64,000 nucleotides of DNA from Phoronis australis (taxonomy: Eukaryota > Animalia > Phoronida), in NCBI GenBank assembly GCA_002633005.1, contig NMRA01000380.1, forward strand, positions 369,131 through 433,130. The letters run 5' to 3'. Shown in pieces: positions 1 through 14,800 of the stretch. A program made the translations under genes and the position numbers. Below the pieces are notes generated by a model. That model was not told where the DNA came from. It was given only the letters and a program-made list of their open reading frames with translations, and made no database searches. How positions within the stretch are numbered: position 1 is the stretch's first letter; each line of letters starts with the position of its first letter.

Positions 1-3000
1 CATTGGCGAATTCTGAGCGGCACTGGCAATGGCAGAACTAAGTCCATTCGGCAACTTCACGAATGCTTTTGCAGCTTGACAATAAAAATTAATTTCGGGA
101 AACTCACAGTGAGCTCGAATCAAGTCCTGCCAACGTATCCTCGCCATAACCCAGGGATAGGGGGAACCCCTAACCATTTTTTGGTCAACATCAAACATGC
201 CCATGTGGCTGGCATACAGCACAGGAGAAACTGTTTGGCTGATAATTTTTGAAGATGGCTAAAACTTTTCAGATGCTTTAGCCATTTTGGCTAATACCTT
301 TAAAAGTCTAGCGCAAGCCTAGCCCCCACTTACTTCAGTGCTGCGCCACCTGTGCATATGTCACTTGAAAACACCCCACAGTGAAGACAATTTTGCCTTT
401 TCGTGTCTTGCGTTTACGGAATGCTGCGGCTGTCTGCTAGGTGAATTCACTCTAATGCCAAAAAGTTAACAAGAATAAAGTATAGAAAAAAACTTCCAAA
501 AAGCACAGAAAATGGAAAACAATGAGATGGCAACAAATAATCAACTTTTCAGCACAAACACACTTGAAATCCACACCCTTCCCAAGACTATTGAATAATC
601 AACCCACATTTACTGACTCCCAATGTGCATAAATTCATTATGTTCATAGACAGAAGCTCATCATCACATACAACACCTATTGGTACAATGATGACAGGAC
701 GAGAAAAACTGAATTGCATCAAAGGGCACACCTTGTTCAAGACAATCCAGTGAAGACAAGACAAGACAAAAATTGTGAATGATAAGAACAAATAGAATGC
801 ACTTCCTAACTGAGTTTTCCACTGGTTTATAACTCGTGTAAGGACTTTAAAATCACGGAATTATACAACATGAAGTCACGTAACAGCTTTCATACAATAT
901 TCGCTTTTCCAATTTGATGCAGGCAAAACAGCGGCAGCAGTTCCCCAGTCCCCAGCAAATCTCAACCAGCAGAGCCCCTTGCACAGGGGGTACTGAGCTC
1001 CTGTGTGGGGAGGGTACTTCATTTACATAAAGGTAATTAGGCATGCAGGGTGGTTAAACACAACACAAAGGTGACCTGATACAGTGACCTAACAATAGTT
1101 GACCAACAAATGCTTCCAGCCAGACTTGCACTGGACAACCACAAAGTCATTCATTGACAAAAGCCAAATGCTAGTATTGACAAACCTATGCTGGATGAGT
1201 TAGAATAGACCCTAGTGGGGAACAGGGTTCCATGAGAATCTTATTATTATATTGTTTGACAAATTCATTGTTCTCCTTTACATAAGTATGGACAAAAGAG
1301 TTCATCTACAGTCTGGCAAACTTAAGGGTATGTCAGCTGACTGGAATTGAGATTTCTTTGGTAAAGAAATGAAAGAAAAACCCTCACCCACAAATTAACT
1401 GCACAGGTGTGCCTTGAATATCAATGTCAAAATACAAGTAATAAAAATAAAAAACTGTAATGAGACCTCAAAACAACACCACAGAATACCCTAATTTCTC
1501 CAGGCGTCCAATCCGCTAAAGTAATCTCTGCAGGGAAAAGTTCTGTGTTAAATCCAACTGGCAGCTCACAAGTCAATGTCTGAATGACCACTGACCGTCA
1601 CTGACCAGAGCTAACAATCTAGGTCACTGACAGTTGTTGAGCTAGCTATCTGGTCTGAGGGAAAGTCTATAGGAGGCTAGTGCTTAGCTACTATCCAGTA
1701 AACTATTTTAATTCTAGGAAGAAACAAACCTACACTTCAATCAAAACACAACACCCTATGTTTGGAATAAATAACATTTTTCATTCAGATGTCGAGTTGC
1801 ATGAAACTGATGACTTGAACTAAATTTTCATGGCAATTTATATCCACCTACTATGTCTGATAAATAATTAAAATTCACTTTAGCATAAGTACAAAGTATT
1901 GCAGAATATGTCACTAAGTGAGATTTAATTTCCATAAACTACTGCGGAGCTGTAAAGTGCTAGTAACCATAATAATATTTATTCAGTAATTTGAAGTGCA
2001 AGACCACCTTGTCTTTAAAGTCACATTTCATCTATAGGCCACTGGTTCTGCTGAGCTCAGAATGTAAGAAATAACACCTTGAAGTTAATAGTTAGGACAA
2101 AATCGGACATAACCATTAATCTAGCCCATATGTCTGGCAGTCCACATTATAAACATACTGAATCTAATTCACAAAACCAAACATTAATTCTATGACTTCA
2201 TGAGTCGAGAAAATCAGCTCTCTCCCAACATGTTTTCAAACTTGGCCAAGACTTTAATCCCATTTGTAAACCTTCGAGTCATGTCAAAAAAAATTGAATC
2301 ATTTTTAAACGAATGATATCAACAACTTCATTTCTCAGTATTATCCTCAACAAATACTTCCAACACCAGTTCATCATTGTATAGGTGGCATGACTTCATG
2401 TCTGGGAGAGGCCATCAAATTCCTAAAACCCAACAAAGAATGACCTTTGGCCCTTAGTTACCACTTGACAACCAGGCTACTGGTTAATGCCTGAATGACC
2501 AGCACCAACACTCATCGGGAAGAAAAGCACTTGCAAGGTGGTTTTTGCTCTTAACAAAATAACCCAAATATTTTCCTTACGAACGAATTCTTGGAAAAAT
2601 TACTCGTATTTACGTACAATTTCAGTCTAGCTACTCTCGAGTCATTCCACCAGTTCAGCCTGGACAAATCAGCTGTGACATCCGATTAGTTACTAAGACA
2701 GAAGTTGACATCGTAAACCAATCAGATGTCTTGGCTAGTCGACATGGCTGAATCCGAGGAGTGACTAAAGCTCAGCTTCTCTGTATCAGGAAGAAATGCG
2801 TTTTTCTCCCAATCCATATTTATAGATCTATGCACTAGTCTACTAAGAAGGAATCTTATTCAATAAGATTCACATTGGAAGTTCTGTTCACAGTTTTACT
2901 GTTGCAAGCAATCTCGAAACCAGCTTAGGGGGTGCATCTGAAGGATAGTCAGGTTGCGTAATTTGTCAGTATTCCCCACTTTAGCTGAACATGAAATTAC

Positions 3001-3076
3001 AGATAACCCTCCCCAAATGATAACAAAAACACACATCATGAACAGTTTAACAAGATTATGATTTTAAAGAGAGTTG

Positions 3077-3664
3077 AGGCAACTGCCCGTTTACAAACAG
3101 GATTTTTTGTACCAAGTTGTCCTGCACAATATATGAATGTATTCATTCAAAGGTCTCAAACCCCTATCTGTAGTTATGAGTGCAATGCACCCTCACCCTT
3201 TGTTGTTCCAGGTTATTGCCAGGAGATAATCCCACAACAGGTAAAATAGGGGCACAACCTCCACATACTGGCTTCAGAGAAAGGGGTACAGAGTAATTTT
3301 TCACAGCGGTATTTTATACACTACACAACGGACAAGTTTCGTAAAATTTCTTAAGGCAACTGCCCGTCTACAAACAGGATTTTTGTACTACTTCCTATGA
3401 GACACCATCTACACACTACAGTTGTTCTGTACAATATATGAATGTATTCATTCAAAGGTCTCTAACCCCTGTCTAAGTACCAGGTAGTTATGAGTGCAAT
3501 GCCCCCTTTCCCTTTGTAGTTCCATGGTTATTGCCAGGAAATAATCCCACAGGTAAAATGGGGGCACAGTCTCCAGGCATTGGCTTCAGAGAAAGGGGTA
3601 AGAGTAATTTCTCACCGCGGTACTTCCTACACTACACGACAGACAAATTTTGTAAAATTTCTTA
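3077..3664. repeat. Imperfect tandem duplication, two units of ~280-310 bp
   Basis: aggcaactgcccgt(t/c)tacaaacaggatttt starts at 3077 and 3354; both units end in gtaaaatttctta; the second unit has small insertions. Confidence 0.85.
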
Positions 3665-5350
3665 ATATACGGATTTAGTCCGTCATTAACTTGCATTATA
3701 CTGAGTAGCTGTCATTAAACAGCACGCGGCGAAATTTCCAATATTTCCAGCGAGGCAATCGGAATTTGAATGTAACTTTGCATATCATTTTTAAGTGGAT
3801 AAGTAATTTATATACACTTCAACACCTGTCAGTTTCTAAACAACACGCATTGTGGTTGTCAGAAAGGCTTGCTTGAACATTTAAACAGAAATTTTTGTGG
3901 TAATGAACACAAAGTGAAACTGAAACGCTAATTCAATGACATCATCAATGGATTTGGTAGAAAGCCTTATCAATGTGTATCTTAACAACTTCCTCACACT
4001 GAGGTTGCCCCCTAGTTCAGAACTATCTCTCACCTATTTTTTCATACAGTGCGATAATAGTGTCACGTAGTCGATCTGCCAACAATAAATCTTAATGTAT
4101 TAACAGAATGTTACAAGGGATTATAATTTTAAGAGCACACTCTGTGTCACTGGTGCAAAAACAATTCACCCATGCACAGTAATTACTTAGTTTCAAAATA
4201 GAAGCGAAAAAGGACTGAAACGGAAAGTAGGTCTACTAACACGGCCCACAGGTCCTCCTAATTGGTCCACTGTTCTTTCTGTATATATATTCTTCTCTAC
4301 CTCTTTATAAATAATTCTCTACATATGTATTTTTAACAGTGTTTTCTTTTGTTGTATCTACCCACACCGATCTAAAATAAATGTTTCGTTTACTTATTTA
4401 CTTACTATACTTAATAAGGCCAATTGATCAATATCCAAGTTCCCTAAAATGATCCCTGCCCCTTCTTCGTAAACAGTGAATGGCTGAATATTTCGAAATA
4501 TGATTTATGTACATTTTCTCCTAGAAGCAGTAGCAATGCTGTGGGTGAGAATTAAAGTACTTAAAACTGATGATAAAAATTTTGAGTCAATCACCAATGC
4601 ACCCGAAATTTGTAACATTATCAACTTTATTTACTTATGCTACGAATGAAAGCATGAGGTACTACCGTATTTAGTTTGCTAAATGGTTATAAAATCCAGA
4701 AATTAAAAGTTTGATATCTCCATCTAAAATTTTCAAAACAGTAATAGAATGGAAAAGGTAAAAATAATTTTGTGATTTTGTGTTCGATTTGGTTTCGAAA
4801 CCGACATGTTAGCATTTTGGCAGTAACAGTCTTCTTGAAATATTTGTCAGTTTGTTGAGGTTACACTGTCACAGAGCTTGGAGGATTCACGGACGAGACT
4901 GTGCCCGGCAAACACAGAATCTAAAACAAACTGACAAAGAAGATGAACGAGTCACTTTCCCACGTCATCCAGACCCACATCTAACTACAACAAGGCCACC
5001 AAAACTGAACAGGCCGTTTAGGCACAGAACGAAGCCATATATATCATTTTGTGAGCATACGTTGATAGCCTACACATACGGGAATGAACTTGGTGACCCG
5101 GTAATATGCATTTATTCACGCGCTTGAAAAGACGATTTTATGAATCATTTTTGGAATGAAATAAATACAGGATGTAACAAGAAAAGAATAAAGACACTTC
5201 GCGACATTATTTCACATTAAACCGTGACTGACGGTCAAATTTGTCTGAAAACTACGTCTTCACTATTGACGGGCTTGGCCGAAGACCACCACCAATGACT
5301 AGGCCTAACAGCCCTAACACAGACAACAGCTGATCGAAAAACCCACTTAC

Positions 5351-5531
5351 CGACATCTATACTCCATATTCTCCCTCCTATTCTGTGTGAAGCTTCCAAA
5401 ACTTTCACAGATATTCCAGCTCGAACGAGTGTATCTGCTGCAGTCAAACCAGCAATTCCACCTCCAACTATCACAACCTCAGGCTTGACCATTTTCCTGT
5501 CTTCTTCTGTGTCGTTTTCTGGGTCAGCCAT
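5351..5531 (-). CDS. First coding exon of a flavin-dependent amine oxidase (spermine/polyamine oxidase or MAO-like); remaining exons not found in window
   Basis: MADPEND...[39 protein letters not shown]: FAD-binding GxGxxG plus E-A-x-x-R-x-G-G-R motif; ends at phase-1 donor G|GTAAGT (5351/5350). Confidence 0.85.
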
Positions 5532-5654
5532 TTACCTTACATTTGAAGTCTAAGCGATCACGTAGAGGCTAGTCACGTGATCACCAGTCTATTCATTCAT
5601 GCCGTATTCGGCCAAATATAGTTCGCACGGGTTTAGACAATTTTTTCTTTGTTC
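5532..5654. promoter_or_regulatory. Probable bidirectional promoter with E-box/CLEAR-like motifs
   Basis: Short gap between divergent genes; GATCACGT at 5556-5563 and GTCACGTGAT at 5572-5581. Confidence 0.4.
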
Positions 5655-5891
5655 ATGACGGAGGGCTGCAGTTTGACCAAGGAGAAGTTTTATAAGTTCT
5701 TAAGACAACAACAATCACTCCAAATAGGCGAAAGAACGTAATGTCAATTGACGATGGCGGAGGGGGGGAAAGTCAATGAGAAAATTGTCGTCTGCTAGAA
5801 TTAAGCGCTGGACTTGTTCTTATACTATAGCCTAATTTAAAGTTGTTTTTTGTTTCTTAGAGCTTATCTATGTTTTACGTAATCATTTAAG

Positions 5892-8800
5892 ATGTCTGGT
5901 ATGACATCATTCATGGGTAAGACATTGAGTACAATCCCAATTTGTATACCGTAATTGTGTTTCTGAAATTCAAACTTTCAAAGAGATCGTGCTCGCTGCG
6001 TTCTGGTGAGGCACACGGCACGACACTCGTCGGCTTACGCTGAGGCTAAACGGCTTAGGCCTAACAGCAAGCAGGTTTATGTGTATGACTGTGATCCTGT
6101 TTTGTACTTGACGACAACAGCATTGAAGCTATAAGTTCCGAGTTTAAACTCATAATCTCAATTTTTACCCGAAACTCAGGTTTTCGCTTAGGCAATGACC
6201 ATCGCCTCTGTTGGCTTAGCTTTGTAGTTAGGCTTAGGGATCATCGGGTGCAAATTCGGGTTATAGACTAGAGTCTGCACTCATTTCTTAGACTTAGTAC
6301 ACTACAGAATAAGAGTTAACTGTCTTGAGTTTGTATCAAGGAAAACAGAAAATGTCGAAAATATAAAGGATAAGGCATTACCAAGTGAGTGCCACATCCA
6401 TCAAAAATAGTGAAATGCCCCCCNAATTTGCAATTGGATGAGAACTGAGGCTGAGTATGTACCGTTTACCACAGAGTATCCAGCAAAGTCCTTGTCACAT
6501 TAAAGGCTTGTTGCACCGTCACGAATTTAAGAGAGCTACTTGCTATTCATAGGATTAATTGTTTGAACATGTTGGATGAGATAACTGCGGTGGTAAGCCA
6601 AAACACCTGTTAAACATTGAGTTTCAAAGTCAAAAATCAAACAATAAGTTGGGCAAAAGACCTACATGACTGTTTTTAAAATTTAAAAGTAAATAATCCA
6701 TCTTTGAATTTTTAAAATCAAGGCATTATAAGAGAAATTGGCAAATAGATTTTCTTCAGCATCCTGGCTATGCAACGAGCATTAATTTGTGAATCGATTA
6801 TGACAGCTTAGGCATTGCGTTGGGGTAACAAAACCCCAATTGTTAGCATAGGATTTGTCTTGTGTCGGGTGTGTCATATCACAATCACAAATGAGATTTT
6901 CCACCGTCTGTGTTTCCGCTTTTTTATGAATTCAGGTGGTGATTTGTAGGTACTTTTATATATTTCTTAAAATATTTCTTACTTTTTCTGGCCATGCATT
7001 TTAAGACCACAGGAAAGGAACTTCAAGCCTCTATATGAAAATTAAACAAAGATTTACAATAGGAGGATGCTACCCTAACGTGGCTATAAAATCACATTCT
7101 ATCAGAGACGCTGAGTTTTGATGTAGACCAGGGAAAAGGACTTTATCAGCTTTAAGTTTGAAAAATACATTTATACTTGGTGAAATGAAATTTCTCAGTC
7201 TTCTGCTTTGTCAGAAAACCTTTTTATCGTATATAGCTCGAAGCTTATTGTATTTGGTTGATATCTGGCACAGGCTGGTGGTGTGGCGGCGGCCATATTT
7301 CACTTGTTTGGTTTGCGGACTCCAATCTCAGTTCCGTTTCTGGTGGTATTTTTACGATTTTTATTTCTGTGGATTGATCATTTCAAGAGCTGTATAGGAA
7401 ATGTACAATTTATTTTTTCTAGAACTTAGCATTCTCGAGTTATGCAAGATGATTTTCTGATTTTTATTTCCTAATTCTGTTATGAACTTTCAGTGGTTGA
7501 TCATTTACTGTGAGTTTCAGTAACTGGCGTCGGGGTCATGGTTGTTGGTGTTCTTGGTTCCGTCGTCTACCTCATAATCTAAATTTCCATTTGATTTTAT
7601 CAAGTAGGGCTCTTCAGAGCACGTTCAGTGTTTTTTACAGTTATAAGCTTTGACAAGAGCTGTAAAACAATAAAATCTGTTAAGTTCTTGTGATTTCATT
7701 GCGAATTGCTAATTCTCACCATATAATGACTGAACATTGACTGAAATCAAGGATGATGGATGGATAAATGGGCTTATTTTAGTCTTCTCTGTTTCTCAAG
7801 TGGTTTTTAGCTCTGGCCAGCAAAGCATTGGGTTGTGGGTAAAGAAGATGTGGGTTCCACTCCACATTGGCTGATCTCAGAAAGTGGATTCCCTCTTGAT
7901 AATGTCAATTTAAAACTTATCTAAATTTGTTCCTAATTTAGAGAATTGGTTTATGGACTTGACAATGATACTTTGTCGTCATTTTAGACCATACTAAGTG
8001 CATAAAATGACCCAAGGTGGGTTTGTAGTCACTTAAATTGTTGGCCAAGTGTATGGTAAATGTTTCTTTTTTTAATTTGACCAAAAAATAATCAGAAATC
8101 GTTATTTTTCAAATTAAAAACTCACTGCTTTGGTTAAAAGTGCTGGACTTTCAACCCGACGTCTGTTAAGTAATGACAGCTTTTCTACAAAAATGCGCAA
8201 ATAATGACATTTTTCTTCGTGACATGAATGCTGTGTTCATATTGGTTACACCTATCGTTCTCTGCACTTTCTCTAGAAAGTCGTTTATTTATTCTTTATA
8301 TGAACAGCCGAGCCGGATGTCAAAATGAGTTGGAGTAGAGACCAACTGAAAAACCAGCAATGCTTTATTCTTTTTTTGCCCTATTGTTGCCGGTTTTTTT
8401 TGCCAAAGTTTCCAAAATAGCAATTCTCTTTTCTTTCATATTTTTCCAAATTTAATGAGAAAGCAAAGCACGTTGTGAGGTGAGTGTTTATGGTACATTG
8501 GCATACATGGTGATCATAACGTAAAATTGCCGTGAGGACTTGACAGGGACCTCAGGGGTCTCGCGCTCCACTGATTTATCCACATTATTTTGAAAACGCT
8601 TTGCCCAGTCGCACATTGTGTGTGTCATAAAAGAGATAAGCATACCAGCAGCTGATACACTACTCTCGTTTATCACATTGGTGTTCTCACAGTTGAACTG
8701 TGGTTTTCTGTAGACCCCAGACCGTCCCGAGTTGCACCATATACCAACTCTGGACGGTCTCTCACGACGATTAAGCATTATGATTGTGGAGCTTACGCAA

Positions 8801-11800
8801 CAGTGAATGTGTGAGCTGTACAGATTGCTTAGTGTGGGCCGTCCGTCAGAGTCGGATTTATCTCCACAGTGCTTGAGTAGAGTTTCATTATAATATTTTG
8901 TTTCGTCATATTTATTTATTACCAATTCAGATTTAAGCCAGTCAAGTTCTTGCGAAAGCAGTCAGAAGTCTAGTCGTCCAAAATTTCAAGCACCATTCAA
9001 AGTTCAGGCAAAGACAACCATCGAAACAACAAATCGAATCATCTCAACTCTGTCGAAACCAACTTTAAATGACAGATCAGACGCAAATCAGGTTGTATGT
9101 CACGTGTCAGACCCTCACTGAAGTGAGGGGAAAGGGGCCTTGCGCCTTTTGAGAAGGGAATTTTTCGCCTCCCCAGTCACCACTTAAATTTCCNGATTTC
9201 ATCAAGTAGGGCTCTTCAGAGCAGTTTCAGTGTTTTTTACAGTTATAAGCTTTGACAAGAGCTGTAAAACAATAAAATCTGTTAAGTTATTGTGATTTCA
9301 TTGCGAATTGCTAATTCTCACCATATAATGACTGAACATTGACTGAAATCAAGGATGATGGATGGATAAATGGGCTTATTTTAGTCCTCTCTGTTTCTCA
9401 AGTGGTTTTTAGCTCTGGCCAGCAAAGCATTGGGTTGTGGGTAAAGAAGATGTGGGTTTCACTCCACATTGGCTGATCTCAGAAAGTGGATTCCCTCTTG
9501 ATAATGTCAATTTAAAATTTATCTAAATTTGTTCCTAATTTAGAGAAATGGTTTATGGACTTGACAAAGATACTTTGTCGTCATTTTAGACCATACTAAG
9601 TGCATAAAATTACCCAAGGTGGGTTTGTAGTCACTTAAATTGTTGGCCAAGTGTATGGTAAATGTTTCTTTTTTTAATTTGACCAAAAAATAATCAGAAA
9701 TCGTTATTTTTCAAATTAAAAACTCACTCCTTTGGTTAAAAGTGCTGGACTTTCAACCCGACGTCTGTTAAGTAATGACAGCTTTTCTACAAAAATGCGC
9801 AAATAATGACATTTTTCTTCGTGACATGAATGCTGTGTTCATATTGGTTACACCTATCGTTCTCTGCACTTCCTCTAGAAAGTCGTTTATTTATTCTTTA
9901 TATGAACAGCCGAGCCGGATGTCAAAATGAGTTGGAGTAGAGACCAACTGAAAAACCAGCAATGCTTTATTCTTTTTTTGCCCTATTGTTGCCATTTGTT
10001 TTTGCCAAAGTTTCCAAAATAGCAATTCTCTTTTCTTTCATATTTTTCCAAATTTAATGAGTAAGCAAAGCACGTTGTGAGGTGAGTGTTTACGGTACAT
10101 TGGCATACATGGTGATCATAACGTAAAATTGCCGTGAGGACTTGACAGGGACCTCAGGGGTCTCACGCTCCACTGATTTATCCACATTATTTTGAAAACG
10201 CTTTGCCCAGTCGCACATTGTGTGTGTCATAAAAGAGATAAGCATACCAGCAGCTGATACACTACTCTCGTTTATCACATTGGTGTTCTCACAGTTGAAC
10301 TGTGGTTTTCTGTAGACCCCAGACCGTCCCGAGTTGCACCATATACCAACTCTGGACGGTCTCTCACGACGATTAAGCATTATGATTGTGGAGCTTACGC
10401 AACAGTGAATGTGTGAGCTGTACAGATTGCTTAGTGTGGGCCGTCCGTCAGAGTCGGATTTATCTCCACAGTGCTTGAGTAGAGTTTCATTATAATATTT
10501 TGTTTCGTCATATTTATTTATTACCAATTCAGATTTAAGCCAGTCAAGTTCTTGCGAAAGCAGTCAGAAGTCTAGTCGTCCAAAATTTCAAGCACCATTC
10601 AAAGTTCAGGCAAAGACAACCATCGAAACAACAAATCGGATCATCTCAACTCTGTCGAAACCAACTTTAAATGACAGATCAGACGCAAATCAGGTTGTAT
10701 GTCACGTGTCAGACCCTCACTGAAGTGAGGGGAAAGGGGCCTTGCGCCTTTTGAGAAGGGAATTTTTCGCCTCCCCATGCAGTCACCACTTAAATTTCCT
10801 GTGTGTCAAACCAATGAACAGCTACAATTCCTTGACAAAACTTAGTGAAAATTGGGTTCAGGCCCATGATTGCCATTGAAAAAATGAAGGGGGGAATACT
10901 TGCTTACGAAAAAATGTTTTTAAAATGATCTGTAATTGGCTTAGCGCATCAGGGAAATCTCAGTTCTCAACTCCACTGGCAAATTGTAGTAGTTTCTGCT
11001 CAGGTCTTGGACAGGTTTCAATTAATCTCAATTATGATTTCTATTATGGGTTATTTCTCATGTGCAAAAGGCATTGTAGTCATATGAAAAATTATGGTGC
11101 AACTATAAAGAAAGTCTATTTTGTTATTGCAATTATTATTATTACTATTAAAATTCTGAAATAAGTAATTTCCTCAGCATCAGTTCTGAAATTATAGCAA
11201 AACATTTTGGGTAAGAAAACAGCAGTCTGACAGGAATTAAATAGTTGTTATTTAATAAGGTGTCATTAGACTTATATCTGTTCATAATGGAAAATTTCCA
11301 GCTAGGTATTGCTACAGTTCTGAGTTATGAGCATGCACAAACTTCCAAAACTATTTCGTACCTAAGGCCTCTTAAGGTGCTCATAATTGAGTTATTTATC
11401 ATTAAAGAGCTGCATATAGATGTATATGTTATTTGAGATATACTTCAATTAGCAAGAGCGAGCTAATTTAGAAAGCTTCCAAGTTTTTGTCTTAAAATAC
11501 ATCCACTGGATACCTCTATTGATAGCACTATCTTCTAATTTGTGTATTATAGCTCTATTGGAATGATATCGAGATACTGATATCTTTTCTAAATGAGGAT
11601 ATTGTTAGCCATTGTTGCAGTTGTTCCTACACCTTGATGTATATATTAATCACTTAATCAGTCACTAACGTCAGAATTCATTGAATTACCTAGACATGAG
11701 AAATCGATGTTCTACCACAGGAAGCAGGAGAGACGACTGCACCACTGTCCCCAGTCATTCAAATTCAACATCCTCAATCCAGCAGCAACTTTGCTGCAAT

Positions 11801-14800
11801 GCAACCGAATGAGAAAAAGTCAATTCCGAATTTGAGAAGAGCAAAAACAGCAAGATACAATGCAGTCTTACAGCTTGAGGAGGGTCGGGATTCACAGACC
11901 TCCGAGTCTTCAATTCAAAGTATGTCGGATTAATTTATAAAACAATAAAATAGTTATTAGAGACTTAGAGACAAGTCCCATGGATAGACATACAGGTAAT
12001 TGAGGGGCACTGGAGCAGGCCGAGTCACTCAGAATTTTCAATTTCAAATCTGCAGCAGAGTCGGAAGGGTCTCGAGTCTCAAATTGCCCACTATATGCCA
12101 GTCACAAAGCACCGTAGCTCTAGCTCTGCCTCTATCCTTCGACATATGTATCATGGCTTCTCGGGACCTCGGCTTTTGGGCATTGAGTGTGCTTTGGCAC
12201 GTGTTCTCTTGAATTTTGCCACAAATCCATATTCTGTCAGAGACAAAAAATTTTTTGATCCAGACTACTTATGAAATTGGTCTGAAGTAGTTTGTTTACA
12301 GCCACTAGGTGTCAGCTGGGGATATTGTTCCTATACTGCCCGAGGTGTGAGTTACATGGGCTTGGAGAGAACTGCACTCCAATTGAACCCATTTATATTG
12401 ATTTATTTTTGATTATGAACTTTCCTGGATCTGTTCAAGAACTAACAGTTCGTTATTGCTCGAGACTTCTAAGGCTCTACAAGTTGACTTGTCAGATGCG
12501 GCGTTTTATTTGTCGAGCACGGTCTCGAGGATTAGCTCAATAATGGCCAGTTCTTAGCAAGACCAAAAATCACTTCTGAGGTGGGACTGTAAAGTTTGTC
12601 TGGGTACTCATGTGTGTTGTACTGTATTTCTGAAAGGCCTTTCGTACTAACGTCGATGCGTCGATGATTTGGGGAGTTGCAGTCAACATGAACGCTTAAC
12701 CCTGGGCCTGGATCGAAGTTAAGAGCTCCAGTTAACATCGCAGTTAACAGGTGGATTTAATAGCGCAGCATCGACGCTGCGATGCAGTATGAATGGTTAA
12801 CTTCGGTCCAATCGAAGTTATCGCCAGGTGCCACGGTTATCGTCAACAGTTACAGGGCAGTGCCATCACTAATCATGAGCTGCTTATATTTTGCTATAAT
12901 AATAACCAATCGATTTAAAAATAAGTTTAATGTCATTTAGCACATGTAAATGTTCCCAAATTGTTACATTGAAAAAAATCTTAGCGTGCAGCGCTACCTT
13001 GTGATAACTTCGATGTCAACAGCGTCACCAACCGTTTACTCTTCGATGTTCGTTAACTACTGAAGCCAGTATGAAAAAAAAGTATGAACGGTCCAGTTAA
13101 CTGCGTTGTTTACGTCAACGCTCCACTCAGACAGGACTTAAGTCAATACCAAAGGGCCTTGATAGTTTTCCAGAGTTTTATGACTGAGGGGCCAGTCAAC
13201 AGAATACACAAACTCCTACATAGGCATGGGCATTTTGCCTTTGTGCAGGGCTTTCAGCTTTTCATACACCACTGAGGGATACCTCCTAAGCTTTACTTGC
13301 TGAATAGACAGACTGACTAATTGGCAAACATGCTTCATTGGGCTAGTGCCACCAATCAATTACTAGACTTGCTCACAAAAGGACCAGCTGTGTTTATTGC
13401 CCTGTTATGTTCCTTGTAGTGTTACTGATTTGCCAGTTTACCATACTCTGTGATTATCTGAAAAGTAAATTCTGTTCTTCCCACCTTGTCAGTGTCAGTC
13501 TAATAAACAGGTTTTGCAGGACTCTAGAATGAAAATTGGAAATTTGGCTAACTTCGGAACATTGTATCTCAGAAATGGATGATCGGATTTACATGAAAGT
13601 TTCAGATGCTACGCTTTAGGCACTGTTCTTCGAAATATTTTAGGAATTGTTTCACGGGACACACTTTTGCATGAGGAGCTATAAAAAATATTACTTAAAT
13701 GGTAATCATGAAAACATGAAAAGTTAATTAAAAACAAAAAGATAATTAAAAATTGTTACAATATTTTTGAGATTTCATTTTGAGCATTTATATCAAAACA
13801 AAATTTGATTATTTTCTTCATACTATTATGTATTCTGCCAGGATTGTACCTCAATTCTTTTTTGTTAATTATCATTAAACTCAAGACATGATCACATGAC
13901 CCAAGCAACGACAGGTCTACCAAAGCTTTCTGTTTTCAGAAAATATATTTACTTTCTTGAGTTAATTCAACAAATTTGTATACATTATGCTGAATGCACT
14001 AACTTCTGGATATGGTCCTGCATCTCTTTGATTGAAAGTAGAGGGAGCTCTACACAGCACAAAAGGGATCTTTAGGCCTAACTGGTCCCTGGTCCTAGCA
14101 TGACACTGCCCTAACATCACAGGAATCCTTTGTCTGAACTTATTTAGCTTCTGTTAGCAGGTTATGTAACATTGGGTAATAACTCTTAGTAGGGAAACCT
14201 CAATCTTAACTGCAAATTCTTCTGTTAGTCATAACATACCAGTATATATGTGTGTGTACCTGGGTGTATGCAATAGTGGAGTATCTTTTGATAGAAAGAA
14301 ATTTAACCACAGTCTTTTGCAGACTTGATTTCTCATTGCTCACTTGGGTGTAACAGGTTTGTTATGGGGGACAAGCTTTGGGAGGGGGAGGGGAACAATA
14401 GAGATATTGTAAATACATAGGACTTATGCAGCTGCAGTTTCCACACCTGAAGGCAGGTGGTGCCTCGGGCAGTATTTATTCTGGACAACACTTCAGCTGC
14501 CAAACCTATAAGTGTAGGTGTGATTGTTCAGTCATTGATTTCTCTACCACAAGGCCTGGCTTTTAGCTTGAAGGCAACTTTATAATTTACAAGTAGTGTT
14601 ACCCGAAAAATGTTGGTAAAAAAAATTTATTGTCAAGCAAATTGCAAAAGAAAATCTGAACATTTTTAGCGGTGTATAATGCACCCATGACTGCAACACA
14701 AACGATGTGCTTCTAAGGGTGTTAATTAGTATCATGTAATAAATAAAAAGGCCTCTATGGGGTGCAGCGTCAGTCAGATCTGTATGAAAAGGCACGTCTG

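Noticed and set aside
8488-10527. Two identical 145-aa ORFs on the - strand
   Set aside because: No recognisable motifs, non-ATG start; identity is explained by the N-joined duplication, and the supported exon there is on +
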